DNA of 64,000 nucleotides from Clostridia bacterium (GTDB lineage: Bacteria; Bacillota; Clostridia; TANB77; CAG-508), in NCBI GenBank assembly GCA_900759015.1, contig CAAEUE010000003.1:7122-71121 (forward strand). The letters are read 5' to 3'. The translations under genes and the position numbers were made by a program. The notes below the pieces were generated by a model. It was given only the letters and a program-made list of their open reading frames with translations. It had not been told where the DNA came from and ran no database searches. Below are positions 8,896 through 18,968 of the stretch, piece after piece (positions within the stretch are counted from its first letter, which is position 1; the number at the start of each line of letters is the position of its first letter).

Positions 8896-9640
8896 CTATT
8901 TTATTAACTTACCATGCATAACCATTCTATCATTTAATCTATAACATGTAGATAAAGTAATGATTTGATCATCTTCGTTTATATCAATACCAAAATTAAA
9001 AACACTTCTATTTTTAATTAATTTTATATAAGAATTAAATTCAGTACTATCTTTAAATGAGGTGGCTAAATAATCTGTTGTATTTGGCAAGTGATATACG
9101 CTAAAAATTTGCCAAACGGTATCGCCAGCTTTTGTATAAAGATGAATTTCTCGATTTTCTGTATTATTAAACCAACTTTGTTTTAACGAATTTCTTAAAG
9201 AACCAAACATAGATGAATCATATCTAGAATGTCCATATATTATTGTGTTCTTATCCAAATTATTAATATTATTTCTATAATCTAAAAAAATCCAACCAGA
9301 TTTATTTTCTTCATTGTTAAATGTATGATTAAGATAATATGAGTTATCGGTTGTTTGCACAAAAGGATAATCAATATCTGTACCATCTACTTTTATCCAT
9401 CCGCACAACATCACTGTTAATTTGTTCTAATTCGGTAAAATTTACAGATGAATTTGAAGTTGGAGTGTTTTCATTTGATTCTGTAATTTGGGTATTACCA
9501 TTTGTTATAGTATTTAATATTTCTTCATTTTCTTTAGCAATACTATTTGAGTCATTAAACCAATTAAAAATATTAAATATAGAATATATAAGAAGTAATA
9601 TACTTAAGAATAAAAAAAAATTTTTCATATGCATCATCAA
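8896..9640 (-). pseudogene. srtB: class B sortase (SrtB) disrupted by a +1 frameshift near 9413
   Basis: The N-terminal ORF (TM + ...ELEQINSDVV) and C-terminal ORF (GWIKVDGTDIDYPFVQ...IYGHS...LITLSTC...R) are contiguous with the sortase B family but lie in different frames. The shift is caused by one extra C in GTG-C-GGATGG. Confidence 0.7.
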
Positions 9641-9691
9641 AATTAGTATAACTAATAATAAAAAAAATATGCTTTTTAGTAGATTTAGACC

Positions 9692-9720
9692 TTGAGAGGG
9701 TAGGAAAAATATGGTATAAT
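9692..9720 (+). promoter_or_regulatory. sigma-A promoter (TTGAGA-17-TATAAT with TGn extension) driving a ~135-nt leader upstream of scpB
   Basis: TTGAGA at 9692-9697, TATAAT at 9715-9720. Confidence 0.5.
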
Positions 9721-9869
9721 TAAGCCATCTTCGAAATCTTTGATTTCGCCCAGGTGTGCTATATGCGAAGAAAATTGAGGCTAAGATACCTTTGAAATCT
9801 TTGGTTTCGTTAGATTAAAATAAGAGATAAAAAAACAATATAAGCAAATTAACTTTACGAGGAGATATT

Positions 9870-10475
9870 ATGGATATAGAAGAAAAAAAAGCTGCAATAG
9901 AAGCAATATTATTTGCAGCAGGTAGAGAAGTTAAAGTAAGCGAGATTATGTCTAGTTTAGAAATAGGAGAAGAAGAAGCGATTACTATATTAAATAGTTT
10001 GGCTTCTGATTTTAATGAAAAAAAATCAGGATTAAAAATAATAAGAATGGATGATTCATACCAGATGGCAACAAAAACAGATTACTACCAATATATATAT
10101 CCAATAATAGATAAAAGAAATAAACCTAATTTATCTAATGCAGCATTAGAAACATTAGCAATAATTGCATATAATCCTAAAATAACAAGAGCTCAAATAG
10201 AGGAAATTAGAGGAGTTAATTCTGATGGTGCAATATATAAATTATTAGAATATGAGTTAATAGAAAATGCTGGTAAACTTAATGCACCGGGAAAACCTGT
10301 TACATATAAAACTACAAATGAATTCTTAAAGAAATTTGGATATAGTAGTTTAGCTGAATTACCAGAACTTCCAAAATACAAATTGGATGAAAACGAGCAA
10401 ATCGTTTTAGATGAGTTCGAAGATCCAGCAGAGGCACCAATGCCCGCTGAGGGTGAGGAAGGAGAAACTAAATAA
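9870..10475 (+). CDS. scpB: segregation and condensation protein B
   Basis: Winged-helix ScpB signature (AIEAILFAAG...LETLAIIAYNPKITRAQIEEIRGV). Confidence 0.75.
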   Translation: MDIEEKKAAIEAILFAAGREVKVSEIMSSLEIGEEEAITILNSLASDFNEKKSGLKIIRMDDSYQMATKTDYYQYIYPIIDKRNKPNLSNAALETLAIIAYNPKITRAQIEEIRGVNSDGAIYKLLEYELIENAGKLNAPGKPVTYKTTNEFLKKFGYSSLAELPELPKYKLDENEQIVLDEFEDPAEAPMPAEGEEGETK

Positions 10476-10503
10476 AAAGAAGATTAAATTTGGAGGTTAA
10501 ATA

Positions 10504-11943
10504 ATGGGAGATAATAAAAATTTTGTAAAAGATATAACAAATATAGAAGAGGATTTTGCTCAATGGTATACAGATATTGTATTAAAAGCAGAACTTGCAG
10601 ATTATACAAATGTAAAAGGATTTATAGCAATTCGTCCTTATGGATATGGAATATGGGAAAATATTCAAAATTATGCAGATAAAAAATTTAAAGAGTATGG
10701 TGTTAAAAATGTTTCTATGCCAGTTTTAATTCCAGAAAGTTTGTTAAATAAAGAAAAAGACCATGTAGAAGGTTTTGCCCCAGAAGTAGCATGGGTAACA
10801 CAAGGTGGAGGAAGCAAGCTAGAAGAAAGATTATGTGTAAGACCTACATCTGAAACAATATTCTGTGATATGTATTCTAAATGGTTAAGTTCATGGAGAG
10901 ATTTACCATTTTTGTATAATCAATGGTGTAGTGTTTTAAGATGGGAAAAAGAAACAAGACCATTTTTACGTTCAAGAGAATTTTTATGGCAAGAAGGTCA
11001 CACAATTCACGAAACAGCAGAAGAGGCAAAAGAATTTACATTAAAAATGTTAGATGTATATACAGATGTATTAGAGAACCTATTAGCTTTGCCTGTTTTA
11101 AGAGGACAAAAAACCGAAACAGAAAAATTTGCAGGTGCAGAAGCTACATATACAGTAGAAACATTAATGCATGATGGTAGAGCTTTACAAGGTGGTACAT
11201 CACATTATTTTGGACAAAATTTTGCTAAACCATTTAATGTAAAATTCCAAAATAGAGATGGAAAAGAAGAATATGCATACCAAACATCATGGGGAATAAG
11301 TACAAGACTAATTGGCGCAATAATAATGGCACATGGGGACAATAGAGGCTTAAAATTACCACCAAAAGTTGCACCAATACAAGTTGTTGTAGTCCCTGTG
11401 GCACAACAAAAAGAAGGGGTTGTAGAAAAGGCAACAGAACTTGCAAATAATTTAAGTAAAGAATTTAGAACAAAATTAGATGCAAGGGATAATTATACAC
11501 CTGGATATAAATTTAATTATTGGGAAATGAAAGGTGTTCCAGTAAGATTAGAAATAGGACCACGTGATATAGAAAATAACCAATGTGTGTTAGTAAGACG
11601 TGATACATTGGAAAAAGAAATAGTAAGCTTGGATAATGTTAATAAAAGAATAGAGGATTTATTAGAAGAAATACAAAAAAATATGTTTAAAATGGCAGAG
11701 GAAAACACAAAAAATAAAACAACAGTTGCTAAAACATTAGAAGAATTCGAAAAGAATATTAATGAAAACCAAGGCTATGTTAAAACAATGTGGTGTGGTA
11801 GTAGCGAGTGTGAAGAAAAAATCCATGATTTAACAGGAGCTAAATCAAGATGTATACCATTTAAACAAGAACATATTTCTGATACTTGTGTATGTTGTGG
11901 TAAACCAGCTAATAAAATGGTTGTATGGGGAAGACAATATTAA
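10504..11943 (+). CDS. proS: prolyl-tRNA synthetase, archaeal/eukaryotic-type class II with C-terminal zinc-binding domain
   Basis: Class II motifs plus C-terminal CxxC...CVCCG; 479 aa. Confidence 0.9.
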   Translation: MGDNKNFVKDITNIEEDFAQWYTDIVLKAELADYTNVKGFIAIRPYGYGIWENIQNYADKKFKEYGVKNVSMPVLIPESLLNKEKDHVEGFAPEVAWVTQGGGSKLEERLCVRPTSETIFCDMYSKWLSSWRDLPFLYNQWCSVLRWEKETRPFLRSREFLWQEGHTIHETAEEAKEFTLKMLDVYTDVLENLLALPVLRGQKTETEKFAGAEATYTVETLMHDGRALQGGTSHYFGQNFAKPFNVKFQNRDGKEEYAYQTSWGISTRLIGAIIMAHGDNRGLKLPPKVAPIQVVVVPVAQQKEGVVEKATELANNLSKEFRTKLDARDNYTPGYKFNYWEMKGVPVRLEIGPRDIENNQCVLVRRDTLEKEIVSLDNVNKRIEDLLEEIQKNMFKMAEENTKNKTTVAKTLEEFEKNINENQGYVKTMWCGSSECEEKIHDLTGAKSRCIPFKQEHISDTCVCCGKPANKMVVWGRQY

Positions 11944-11957
11944 TATAAAATATTAAA

Positions 11958-11990
11958 ATAGCTGTACTTTTAAGTGTACAGCTATTTTTT
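11958..11990 (+). terminator. rho-independent terminator after proS
   Basis: TAGCTGTAC...GTACAGCTA followed by T6. Confidence 0.6.
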
Positions 11991-12082
11991 CACAGTTATT
12001 GTTTGACAAATTAAATACGTAAATAATTTATTAATTAGTATTACTATATATAAAACAAAAAATTAAACTTTATGAAGAATAA

Positions 12083-12907
12083 TTATCTACCTTCATCATC
12101 ATCAATTAATTTTGCATTGTCTAATACAGTTTTAGCAGAATCTACATATTGTTTATCTTTAGTAGTTTCTATATAAGTTTCAAGACCATTAGTCAAATCG
12201 GTTACATTTTTGTTGATTTTTAACCAATAAGATGCTTTTTCTTTTTCTTTATTTGTAGTTTCATGTGAAGTTTCACGTAAATCTTTATAAGGAAGATATA
12301 CTTTTTTTGCAAAATCTTTTGGTAGAGATACTATTACTGATTTTGCTGAATCTTTAGGATCTCTGCTAGTATAATTTAGTTTTAATTTAACATCTCCATC
12401 TAAAGGAGAAACAGTGTATTCTTTATAAGTGTCTAAATAATAACCAGTTAAATTTTCTTTTACTTCAGGCATATCTTTTATAAGTGTATCATCAGCCACT
12501 GTTTTAATTAAATTATTAGTACCATTAAACAAATCAGTAGGATTATATTCATCTAAAGAATATTCAATATTTCCCGTAGTATGGCTACCAACTTGATATC
12601 CAACCAAACCTCCTAAAGCTAGTGTAGCAGCTAATGTTCCAGTTACTATAGATCTCTTTATTTTTACATAATTTTTCTTTAATGATGAGTTATATTTTTT
12701 GTTTGTGTGATTATATGAATTACGTACATTTCTTTTTTCTCTAGAATTAGTAGAACGCCTTCTTTGTGTGGTAGATTTATCATGTGTATATTCTGAATTT
12801 CTAGAACTTCTACTAACTTGTGGGATAAAATCTATTTCTCTATTCTCTTTTTTATGTGCTCTAACAGCATTAAGATTTATAATATTTTTACCTTCATTAG
12901 GACTCAT
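12083..12907 (-). CDS. membrane-anchored protein with basic, disordered N-terminus; unknown function
   Basis: R/K/S-rich N-terminal region, one TM (IVTGTLAATLALGGLVGY), extracytoplasmic domain. Confidence 0.45.
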   Translation of the reverse strand: MSPNEGKNIINLNAVRAHKKENREIDFIPQVSRSSRNSEYTHDKSTTQRRRSTNSREKRNVRNSYNHTNKKYNSSLKKNYVKIKRSIVTGTLAATLALGGLVGYQVGSHTTGNIEYSLDEYNPTDLFNGTNNLIKTVADDTLIKDMPEVKENLTGYYLDTYKEYTVSPLDGDVKLKLNYTSRDPKDSAKSVIVSLPKDFAKKVYLPYKDLRETSHETTNKEKEKASYWLKINKNVTDLTNGLETYIETTKDKQYVDSAKTVLDNAKLIDDDEGR

Positions 12908-13070
12908 AAAATCATTCCTTTCATTTGTATGATTGTTGATTTATTGTACTACTAAATGTTAATGAAGTCAATTTTTTCTATACTTATAATATGCAAAGAA
13001 TAATTTTAAAAATAATGTTTACAATAAAAATTGCATATGATATAATTTTTTAGGTAAAGAGGTGAAGTAA

Positions 13071-14015
13071 TTGAACCAAATATTGGCAGTGGGAAATGAT
13101 CAAAAAAATAGTAAAAAAAGAAAAAATACTACAGCAGATATAAAAAAAGTAATAACTGTTTTTTGCGTAATTGCAATACTATTTGGAATTGCAATTACTG
13201 GGCAAGGTGTTTATGCTATTGTAAATAGTTTTAAAACAGATACAAGCCAAGAGCAAGTTGTTTCTATAGATAGTGATACTAATTCAGGAAAAGTAATAAT
13301 TTCAGGAACAGTTCCAAACGGTGTTCAAAGTATAAAATATAAGTGGAATGAGGAAGAAGAACAAACAATTGCAAAAAACGGAGAAACACAAATAAACGAA
13401 GAAATAGATTTACCAGTTGGTAATAATAAATTAAGTGTAACTATAATAGATATGAAAAATAGTTCGACACCATATACAAAGGAATTTACAGCAGATTCAA
13501 CATTACCACAGTTAGTATTAAGCTTAAGTGATGATGGATCAAAAATAAAAATAGTTGCAAAAGATACAGTGGCTTTATCATATATAACATATCAATGGGA
13601 TGACCAAGATGTTCAAACAATATATCCACAGGCTGGTTCAGAAGCTCAATTAGAAGCTGAAATAGATGGAATACCAGGAAAGCATACATTAACTGTAATT
13701 GCTGTAAATACAAGTAATAAGACAACAACAAAAACACAAGAGGTAGACGGTGTTGATGATTCATCAAAACCAACAGTTAGTGCTTCAATAGATTCAACAG
13801 ATAGGTCAAAGATAATATTCTCTGCTTCAGATACAAGTGGATTAAAGAATTTATCATTTACTATAAATGGACAAAGATATGAATTACCAGCAAATGAAAA
13901 TCAAACAGAATTACAATATACTTTCCAAGTTAAGGAAGGACATTATTCTATAACTGTTGAAGCAGAAAATATATATGGGCAAAAACAAGCTCAAAACTTT
14001 ATTTATGATTATTAA
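13071..14015 (+). CDS. membrane-anchored protein with repeated Ig-like/beta-sandwich segments; possible TTG start
   Basis: AGGTGA RBS, N-terminal TM, three ~90-aa repeats ending in ...YKW/YQW... motifs. Confidence 0.5.
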   Translation: MNQILAVGNDQKNSKKRKNTTADIKKVITVFCVIAILFGIAITGQGVYAIVNSFKTDTSQEQVVSIDSDTNSGKVIISGTVPNGVQSIKYKWNEEEEQTIAKNGETQINEEIDLPVGNNKLSVTIIDMKNSSTPYTKEFTADSTLPQLVLSLSDDGSKIKIVAKDTVALSYITYQWDDQDVQTIYPQAGSEAQLEAEIDGIPGKHTLTVIAVNTSNKTTTKTQEVDGVDDSSKPTVSASIDSTDRSKIIFSASDTSGLKNLSFTINGQRYELPANENQTELQYTFQVKEGHYSITVEAENIYGQKQAQNFIYDY

Positions 14016-14055
14016 TTATTGATTTTGTTTAATCTATATAAAACAAATAACAGTT

Positions 14056-14082
14056 TAAAAGACAGGAATATCCTGTCTTTTA
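14056..14082 (+). terminator. rho-independent terminator (AAAAGACAGGA-ATAT-CCTGTCTTTT)
   Basis: Perfect 11-bp stem followed by a T-run. Confidence 0.6.
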
Positions 14083-14101
14083 ACACATACGAGGAGAACT
14101 T

Positions 14102-14875
14102 ATGGAAAATGAAATAATTAAAATAATTTTCTACTTTTTCTTATATTCATTATTAGGCTGGGCAATGGAATCAGCTTATCTTTCTGTAGGACAAAGAAAA
14201 TTAATAAATACAGGATTTTTATATGGTCCTTTTTGTCCAATATATGGTTTTGGAGCAGTAGTATTATATTTATTTTTAAAAAATTTGCAAGGTAAGCCTA
14301 TTTTAATATTTTGTGTAGGATTCTTTGTATTATCAATTTGGGAATATTTTGTTGGATTTTTATTAGAAAAATTGTTTAAAACAAAATATTGGGATTATTC
14401 AAATAACAAATTTAATATTAACGGGAGGGTTTGTTTATTAAATTCTATATACTGGGGATTCTTAAGTGTATTCTTCATAGAAATATGGAATCCTTTAGTA
14501 GAAATGCAAATAAATAAAATACCTCAAGATATAATTTTATATATTGATATAATTTTGGTTGCATATATAATAATAGATATGATTGTAAGTTCTATAAAAA
14601 CTTCAAACTTAGCTAAAAGAATAAGAAAATTGATACAATTAGGTGATTCATTAAAGGAAAAATTAGAAGAATTGAAAAAGACTTCTTCAGAAAAACAAAA
14701 AGTTGCTTTACAAAAAATAATAGATGATTTAAAATTAAGACAAAAGATAATGAGGTTAAAGATAGATAAACAGGTTGTAAAATTAAAAAATGCATTTCCA
14801 TCTGTTCAATCAGAGCACATTAAAGAATATTTAAAACTAAAAGTAAATGAATTAAAAAATAAAACGAAGGAGTAA
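14102..14875 (+). CDS. polytopic membrane protein with C-terminal coiled-coil; unknown function
   Basis: 4-5 TM helices followed by a K/E-rich coiled coil. Stop is 4 nt before the next start, indicating an operon. Confidence 0.5.
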   Translation: MENEIIKIIFYFFLYSLLGWAMESAYLSVGQRKLINTGFLYGPFCPIYGFGAVVLYLFLKNLQGKPILIFCVGFFVLSIWEYFVGFLLEKLFKTKYWDYSNNKFNINGRVCLLNSIYWGFLSVFFIEIWNPLVEMQINKIPQDIILYIDIILVAYIIIDMIVSSIKTSNLAKRIRKLIQLGDSLKEKLEELKKTSSEKQKVALQKIIDDLKLRQKIMRLKIDKQVVKLKNAFPSVQSEHIKEYLKLKVNELKNKTKE

Positions 14876-14878
14876 ATT

Positions 14879-15805
14879 ATGATACAAGATATATATATTA
14901 TTGATGATGATAAATATTCACTACAAGATTTAAAAGATTTATTTGCAGATAATGCAGAATATAGATTTGTAAATGTTTCAACAGAAGAAATAAATAAAGC
15001 GCTAATAAACATTCCTTCGCTTATTATAATAAATGAAGATAATGTTGATAGAGATATAGAAGAGTTATGTTCAACAATTAGGAAAAATGAAGATAATAGT
15101 ATAACTCCAATAATAGTTATATCTTCTAATTCAGATAAAGAGCATAGATTAAATGTATTAAAAAAAGCAGTAGAATATTATATAAGAAAGCCAGTAGATC
15201 AAGATTATTTGTATTATACAATTAAAAATTTAATGAGATTAATGTATACAAATAGACGTGTAAGTCCATTAACTGGATTGCCTGGTAATGTACAAATTCA
15301 TGCAGAACTAAAAAAGAGATTGTTTAATAAGGAAGAGTTTGGAGTATTATATTTAGATTTAGATAATTTTAAAGCATATAATGATGTATATGGATTTATA
15401 AAAGGTGATGAAATTATTAAATTTACAGCTAGAACAATTGTGAAAAATGTACATGCTATAAAAAATAATGATTGTTTTGTTGGTCACATTGGTGGTGATG
15501 ATTTTGTAGCAATAGTATCTAGAACGAATTATGATGAAGTTTGCCAAAATATAATAAATGATTTTGATTCTGAAATATTAAGTTACTTTACTGAAGAAGA
15601 CAGGAAAAGAGGATATATAGAAGTTGCAAATAGAAGAGGAATATTAGAAGATTTTCCACTTACAGCAATTTCTATAGGTGTAGTTGACGTAGAACCAAAT
15701 AAATTTAATAATATATTAGAAATTGGTGAGGTTGGTGCACAAGTTAAACATTTAGCTAAAACAATTCTTGGTAGCAGCTATGTAATAGATAGAAGAAAAG
15801 AATAA
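14879..15805 (+). CDS. REC-like receiver + GGDEF-domain protein (signature GGDDF)
   Basis: N-terminal CheY-like fold. GGDEF domain with YNDVYGFIKGDEII...GHIGGDDFVAIV. Confidence 0.65.
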   Translation: MIQDIYIIDDDKYSLQDLKDLFADNAEYRFVNVSTEEINKALINIPSLIIINEDNVDRDIEELCSTIRKNEDNSITPIIVISSNSDKEHRLNVLKKAVEYYIRKPVDQDYLYYTIKNLMRLMYTNRRVSPLTGLPGNVQIHAELKKRLFNKEEFGVLYLDLDNFKAYNDVYGFIKGDEIIKFTARTIVKNVHAIKNNDCFVGHIGGDDFVAIVSRTNYDEVCQNIINDFDSEILSYFTEEDRKRGYIEVANRRGILEDFPLTAISIGVVDVEPNKFNNILEIGEVGAQVKHLAKTILGSSYVIDRRKE

Positions 15806-15807
15806 GA

Positions 15808-17019
15808 ATGGAGGGGCTTAAGATGGAAGAGCTAAAAAATGAAAGCCTAATTGAGGCTATAAATAACTTAAGAAAGAGTAAAGGTAAAGGTTGGAAAGAA
15901 AAAAATTATTGTTATGCACGCTTTATTGGAGCTTTATTCAATTCTAGAGTTTATTTCCCAATGAAACATGAAACTCCTATAAAGTTAAAAAATTATATTG
16001 CAGAAATAGATAAAGATGGTGAAAACAAAATATATGATGTATGTTTTACTAGTATAGATGAATATGAAAAATATAAAGCTGATGTAAAAGAAATAATTCC
16101 TGCAAAAGAATATAGTTTTATAAAAATGTTAATGGAAATAGAACATTCTACAGAAAGATTAGATGGAATTATTATTGATCCTAATGGAATATGTGAGACA
16201 ATAGAACTAAATGAATTAAAAGGAATTTTTTCTTATTATCAAAATGCAGTAGATAAAATAAAACAAGAAAATGAAGATAAAATAAATTCGTGGTTTGGTG
16301 AAATTACGAAAATATATAAAGAAGAAGGAATAACTCAAGAATTATTAAGAAAAATTGTAAAACCAATAGGATTATTATTAAAAAATACAGGTGATGTAAT
16401 ATTAAAAGTACAATTAGAAGATTTTTTTGCATTATTAATAATTGCTAATTTATTAGATAAAGGAAGTATCAATTTTGATATGATTTCTGAACAAAAGAAA
16501 TATCCTATGGAAATTAAAAAATTACTAAATGATTATAACGACAGATTAAATGATATTTCTTTAATAAAAAGTAAATTAAGTATAATACGATATATTAATA
16601 GTGATGATAATCTATTAGAAACTCTTGTTAAAAATATTAGTATGGCATTATTACAGTATGATATTAATGAGCAAGAAGAATACAATATCGTAGAAAGTAA
16701 TGAAGAAAATGATATTAAATGTTTTATAAAATTATTATCAAATACCTTAATATCTTTTCCAATACAGATTGTTGATGGAAATAATTGTATTGTTGAATTT
16801 TCTGGAGAAGAGTACGAAAACAAATTTGTATTGGCTTTTACTACTAATAGTGAAAAAGAAAAATGGGGAGATTTTGATAAATATAATGAAGAAGTTATGA
16901 CAGTTAAAGAATATGCTAGTATATTATCAAATATAGGAAATTATTATATAATTATTAATTATTTTGGAAATAAATTAGTTGTAGAAGACCATTTTATGAA
17001 AGAGCTTTTAAATCAATAG
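15808..17019 (+). CDS. unknown-function protein (403 aa), translationally coupled to the GGDEF gene
   Basis: Start is 3 nt after the preceding stop, with a GGAGGGG RBS. Confidence 0.5.
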   Translation: MEGLKMEELKNESLIEAINNLRKSKGKGWKEKNYCYARFIGALFNSRVYFPMKHETPIKLKNYIAEIDKDGENKIYDVCFTSIDEYEKYKADVKEIIPAKEYSFIKMLMEIEHSTERLDGIIIDPNGICETIELNELKGIFSYYQNAVDKIKQENEDKINSWFGEITKIYKEEGITQELLRKIVKPIGLLLKNTGDVILKVQLEDFFALLIIANLLDKGSINFDMISEQKKYPMEIKKLLNDYNDRLNDISLIKSKLSIIRYINSDDNLLETLVKNISMALLQYDINEQEEYNIVESNEENDIKCFIKLLSNTLISFPIQIVDGNNCIVEFSGEEYENKFVLAFTTNSEKEKWGDFDKYNEEVMTVKEYASILSNIGNYYIIINYFGNKLVVEDHFMKELLNQ

Positions 17020-17151
17020 TATAAAATATTAAAACATATATGCATATTTATATTAAAGCTTAATTATAAAAAGCCTAATAAAACTTTAAGTTCTAATACA
17101 ACCCCTAAATGAATACATTTTAACAAAAGTATTCACATGGGGGTTTTCTTT

Positions 17152-17421
17152 ATGAGAAATCTATCAATAGAAAAACGTGCAATAGAACTTGCACATTATA
17201 TTATAAATTCAAAAGATACAGTAAGAGGTGCAGCTTCTAAATTTGGAATAAGTAAAAGTACAGTGCACAAAGACTTAAGTGAAAGATTACTAAAGATAAA
17301 CCCGGTTTTAGCAAAGGAAGTAAGAAAAATTTTAGATAAAAATAAAGCAGAAAGACACATAAGAGGTGGAATGGCCACAAAACTTAAATACAGTCATATA
17401 AGAGAAGACAAAGTAGGGTAA
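17152..17421 (+). CDS. spoIIID: stage III sporulation transcriptional regulator SpoIIID
   Basis: 89 aa with the SpoIIID signature: GISKSTVHKDLSERL...NPVLAKEV...RGGMATKLKY. Confidence 0.85.
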   Translation: MRNLSIEKRAIELAHYIINSKDTVRGAASKFGISKSTVHKDLSERLLKINPVLAKEVRKILDKNKAERHIRGGMATKLKYSHIREDKVG

Positions 17422-17512
17422 TAAAACATTTTTTTACACATGAATACGATGTCAACAGAGATAATTAATTTATATTTGTTGAATCTGTAAAAATGGTGAT
17501 TCTATCTATATA

Positions 17513-17539
17513 AAAAGCGCTAATATATGGCGCTTTTTT
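17513..17539 (+). terminator. rho-independent terminator (AAAAAGCGC...GCGCTTTTTT)
   Basis: GC-rich 9-bp stem followed by T6. Confidence 0.6.
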
Positions 17540-17622
17540 CTTATAAATTTATTTATATTATACCAAATAAAATTAATATCACAGGCATGTTTACATTTAC
17601 ATAAAATATACTAGGTGATATT

Positions 17623-18423
17623 ATGAACAGAATAAAAAAAGGCAGTGCTGTTATAAAAAAGACAGATAAGAATGAAATTATATTTGTAGTGGAAAAAATT
17701 ACTTCTGAAAGAAAAAGAAAAATAGCAATTTTAAAAGGATTATATATTAGAATAATAGAGAGAATACCAGTAGATGAATTAGAATTGGTTGATAGGAAAT
17801 ATGTTAATAAATATATAGATGAAAGAAATAAGGTATTAGAAAAACTAATTTATAGTAGAAAAAATTCTTATAGTAATATGAAGCCTGGAAGAATAGTACA
17901 TTTAGATGGTGATAGAAGGTATATGGAAAAATCTTATAAATATTACAAAAAATTAGGGTTAAATGCTATAGTTAAATATGTTCCAGAAGAGAAGCAAGAA
18001 TATATTATAAAAGATTTAATTTCAAGATATAAGCCAGATATACTAGTTATAACAGGACATGATGGAATGATAAAAAAAGGAAGAAATTATAGTGATATAT
18101 ATAATTATATGAATTCTAGATTTTTTGTAAATACAGTAAGACGAGCGAGAGAACATGAAGATGGAAAAAATTTAGTTATATTTGCAGGTGCTTGCCAAAG
18201 TTATTTTGAAGCTTTAATTTCTGCAGGAGCAAATTTTGCATCATCACCTGCAAGAGTATTAATAGATTTTGCAGACCCATTAATTGTGGCAGAAAAAGTT
18301 GCTACAACAGATAGCGATTATTATGTTACAATGAATGATATTGTAGACGATTTAAGAGATGGAAAAGATGGAATTGGAGGAATTGGTGCTAGAGGAAAAA
18401 GGCACAAAGTAACCGTATCGTAA
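17623..18423 (+). CDS. yabG: sporulation-specific protease YabG
   Basis: Conserved core DILVITGHDG...FAGACQSYFE, and conserved synteny yabG-veg. Confidence 0.65.
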   Translation: MNRIKKGSAVIKKTDKNEIIFVVEKITSERKRKIAILKGLYIRIIERIPVDELELVDRKYVNKYIDERNKVLEKLIYSRKNSYSNMKPGRIVHLDGDRRYMEKSYKYYKKLGLNAIVKYVPEEKQEYIIKDLISRYKPDILVITGHDGMIKKGRNYSDIYNYMNSRFFVNTVRRAREHEDGKNLVIFAGACQSYFEALISAGANFASSPARVLIDFADPLIVAEKVATTDSDYYVTMNDIVDDLRDGKDGIGGIGARGKRHKVTVS

Positions 18424-18517
18424 CTAAAATGTAATACAAATGTAACATTAACAAGATGAAAGCTAAAATTTGCTTATATATGAGGCAAAACCGTTGCTAG
18501 ACATGAGGTACGCCATT

Positions 18518-18546
18518 TTGACACCGTTCGACAAAACTGATATAAT
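18518..18546 (+). promoter_or_regulatory. consensus sigma-A promoter for veg (TTGACA-17-TATAAT)
   Basis: TTGACA at 18518-18523, 17-nt spacer, TATAAT at 18541-18546. Confidence 0.6.
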
Positions 18547-18575
18547 TAATTCAGTTTTGAAAAGTAGGTGATAAA

Positions 18576-18875
18576 ATGATTTGTAGAGATGATATAACAA
18601 ATCTAAAAACAGATATTGATGGAAAAGTTGGTCAAAAGATTATTGTGAAAGGATCTTTAGGACGAAGCAGGACTTTTGAAAAGGAAGCCACAATAGAAAA
18701 AGCCTATCCAAATATATTTATAGTAAAATACGAAGAAAATGATAGAAATGTAACATATAGTTACACAGATATCTTAACTAGAACTGTTGAAGTTCAAGTT
18801 TTTGATGGGCAAGAATATAGTCCATTAATACCACCAGCAGAAGATAAAAAGCCAAGTAAAAAGATGGATTTATAA
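18576..18875 (+). CDS. veg: Veg (biofilm/sporulation-associated small protein)
   Basis: Veg family similarity (LKTDIDGKVGQKIIVKG..GR.RT.E...IEKAYPNIFIVKYE...SYSYTDILTRTVEVQVF). Confidence 0.85.
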   Translation: MICRDDITNLKTDIDGKVGQKIIVKGSLGRSRTFEKEATIEKAYPNIFIVKYEENDRNVTYSYTDILTRTVEVQVFDGQEYSPLIPPAEDKKPSKKMDL

Positions 18876-18900
18876 AATAGCTTGGTTTGATAATAAACTA

Positions 18901-18929
18901 AAATTCCTAGAAATAGGAATTTTTTTTTG
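18901..18929 (+). terminator. rho-independent terminator (AAATTCCTAG-AAA-TAGGAATTT + T9)
   Basis: Perfect stem followed by a long T-run. Confidence 0.6.
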
Positions 18930-18968
18930 CCTCTTTCATATAAATATAAAAAGAAAAGGAGGTAAAAA

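Noticed and set aside
17560-17622. Sigma-K promoter (CATAAAATA) for yabG
   Set aside because: A CATA-N3-TA match exists at 17600-17608, but it would place the transcription start inside or after the RBS; spacing is implausible without experimental support.
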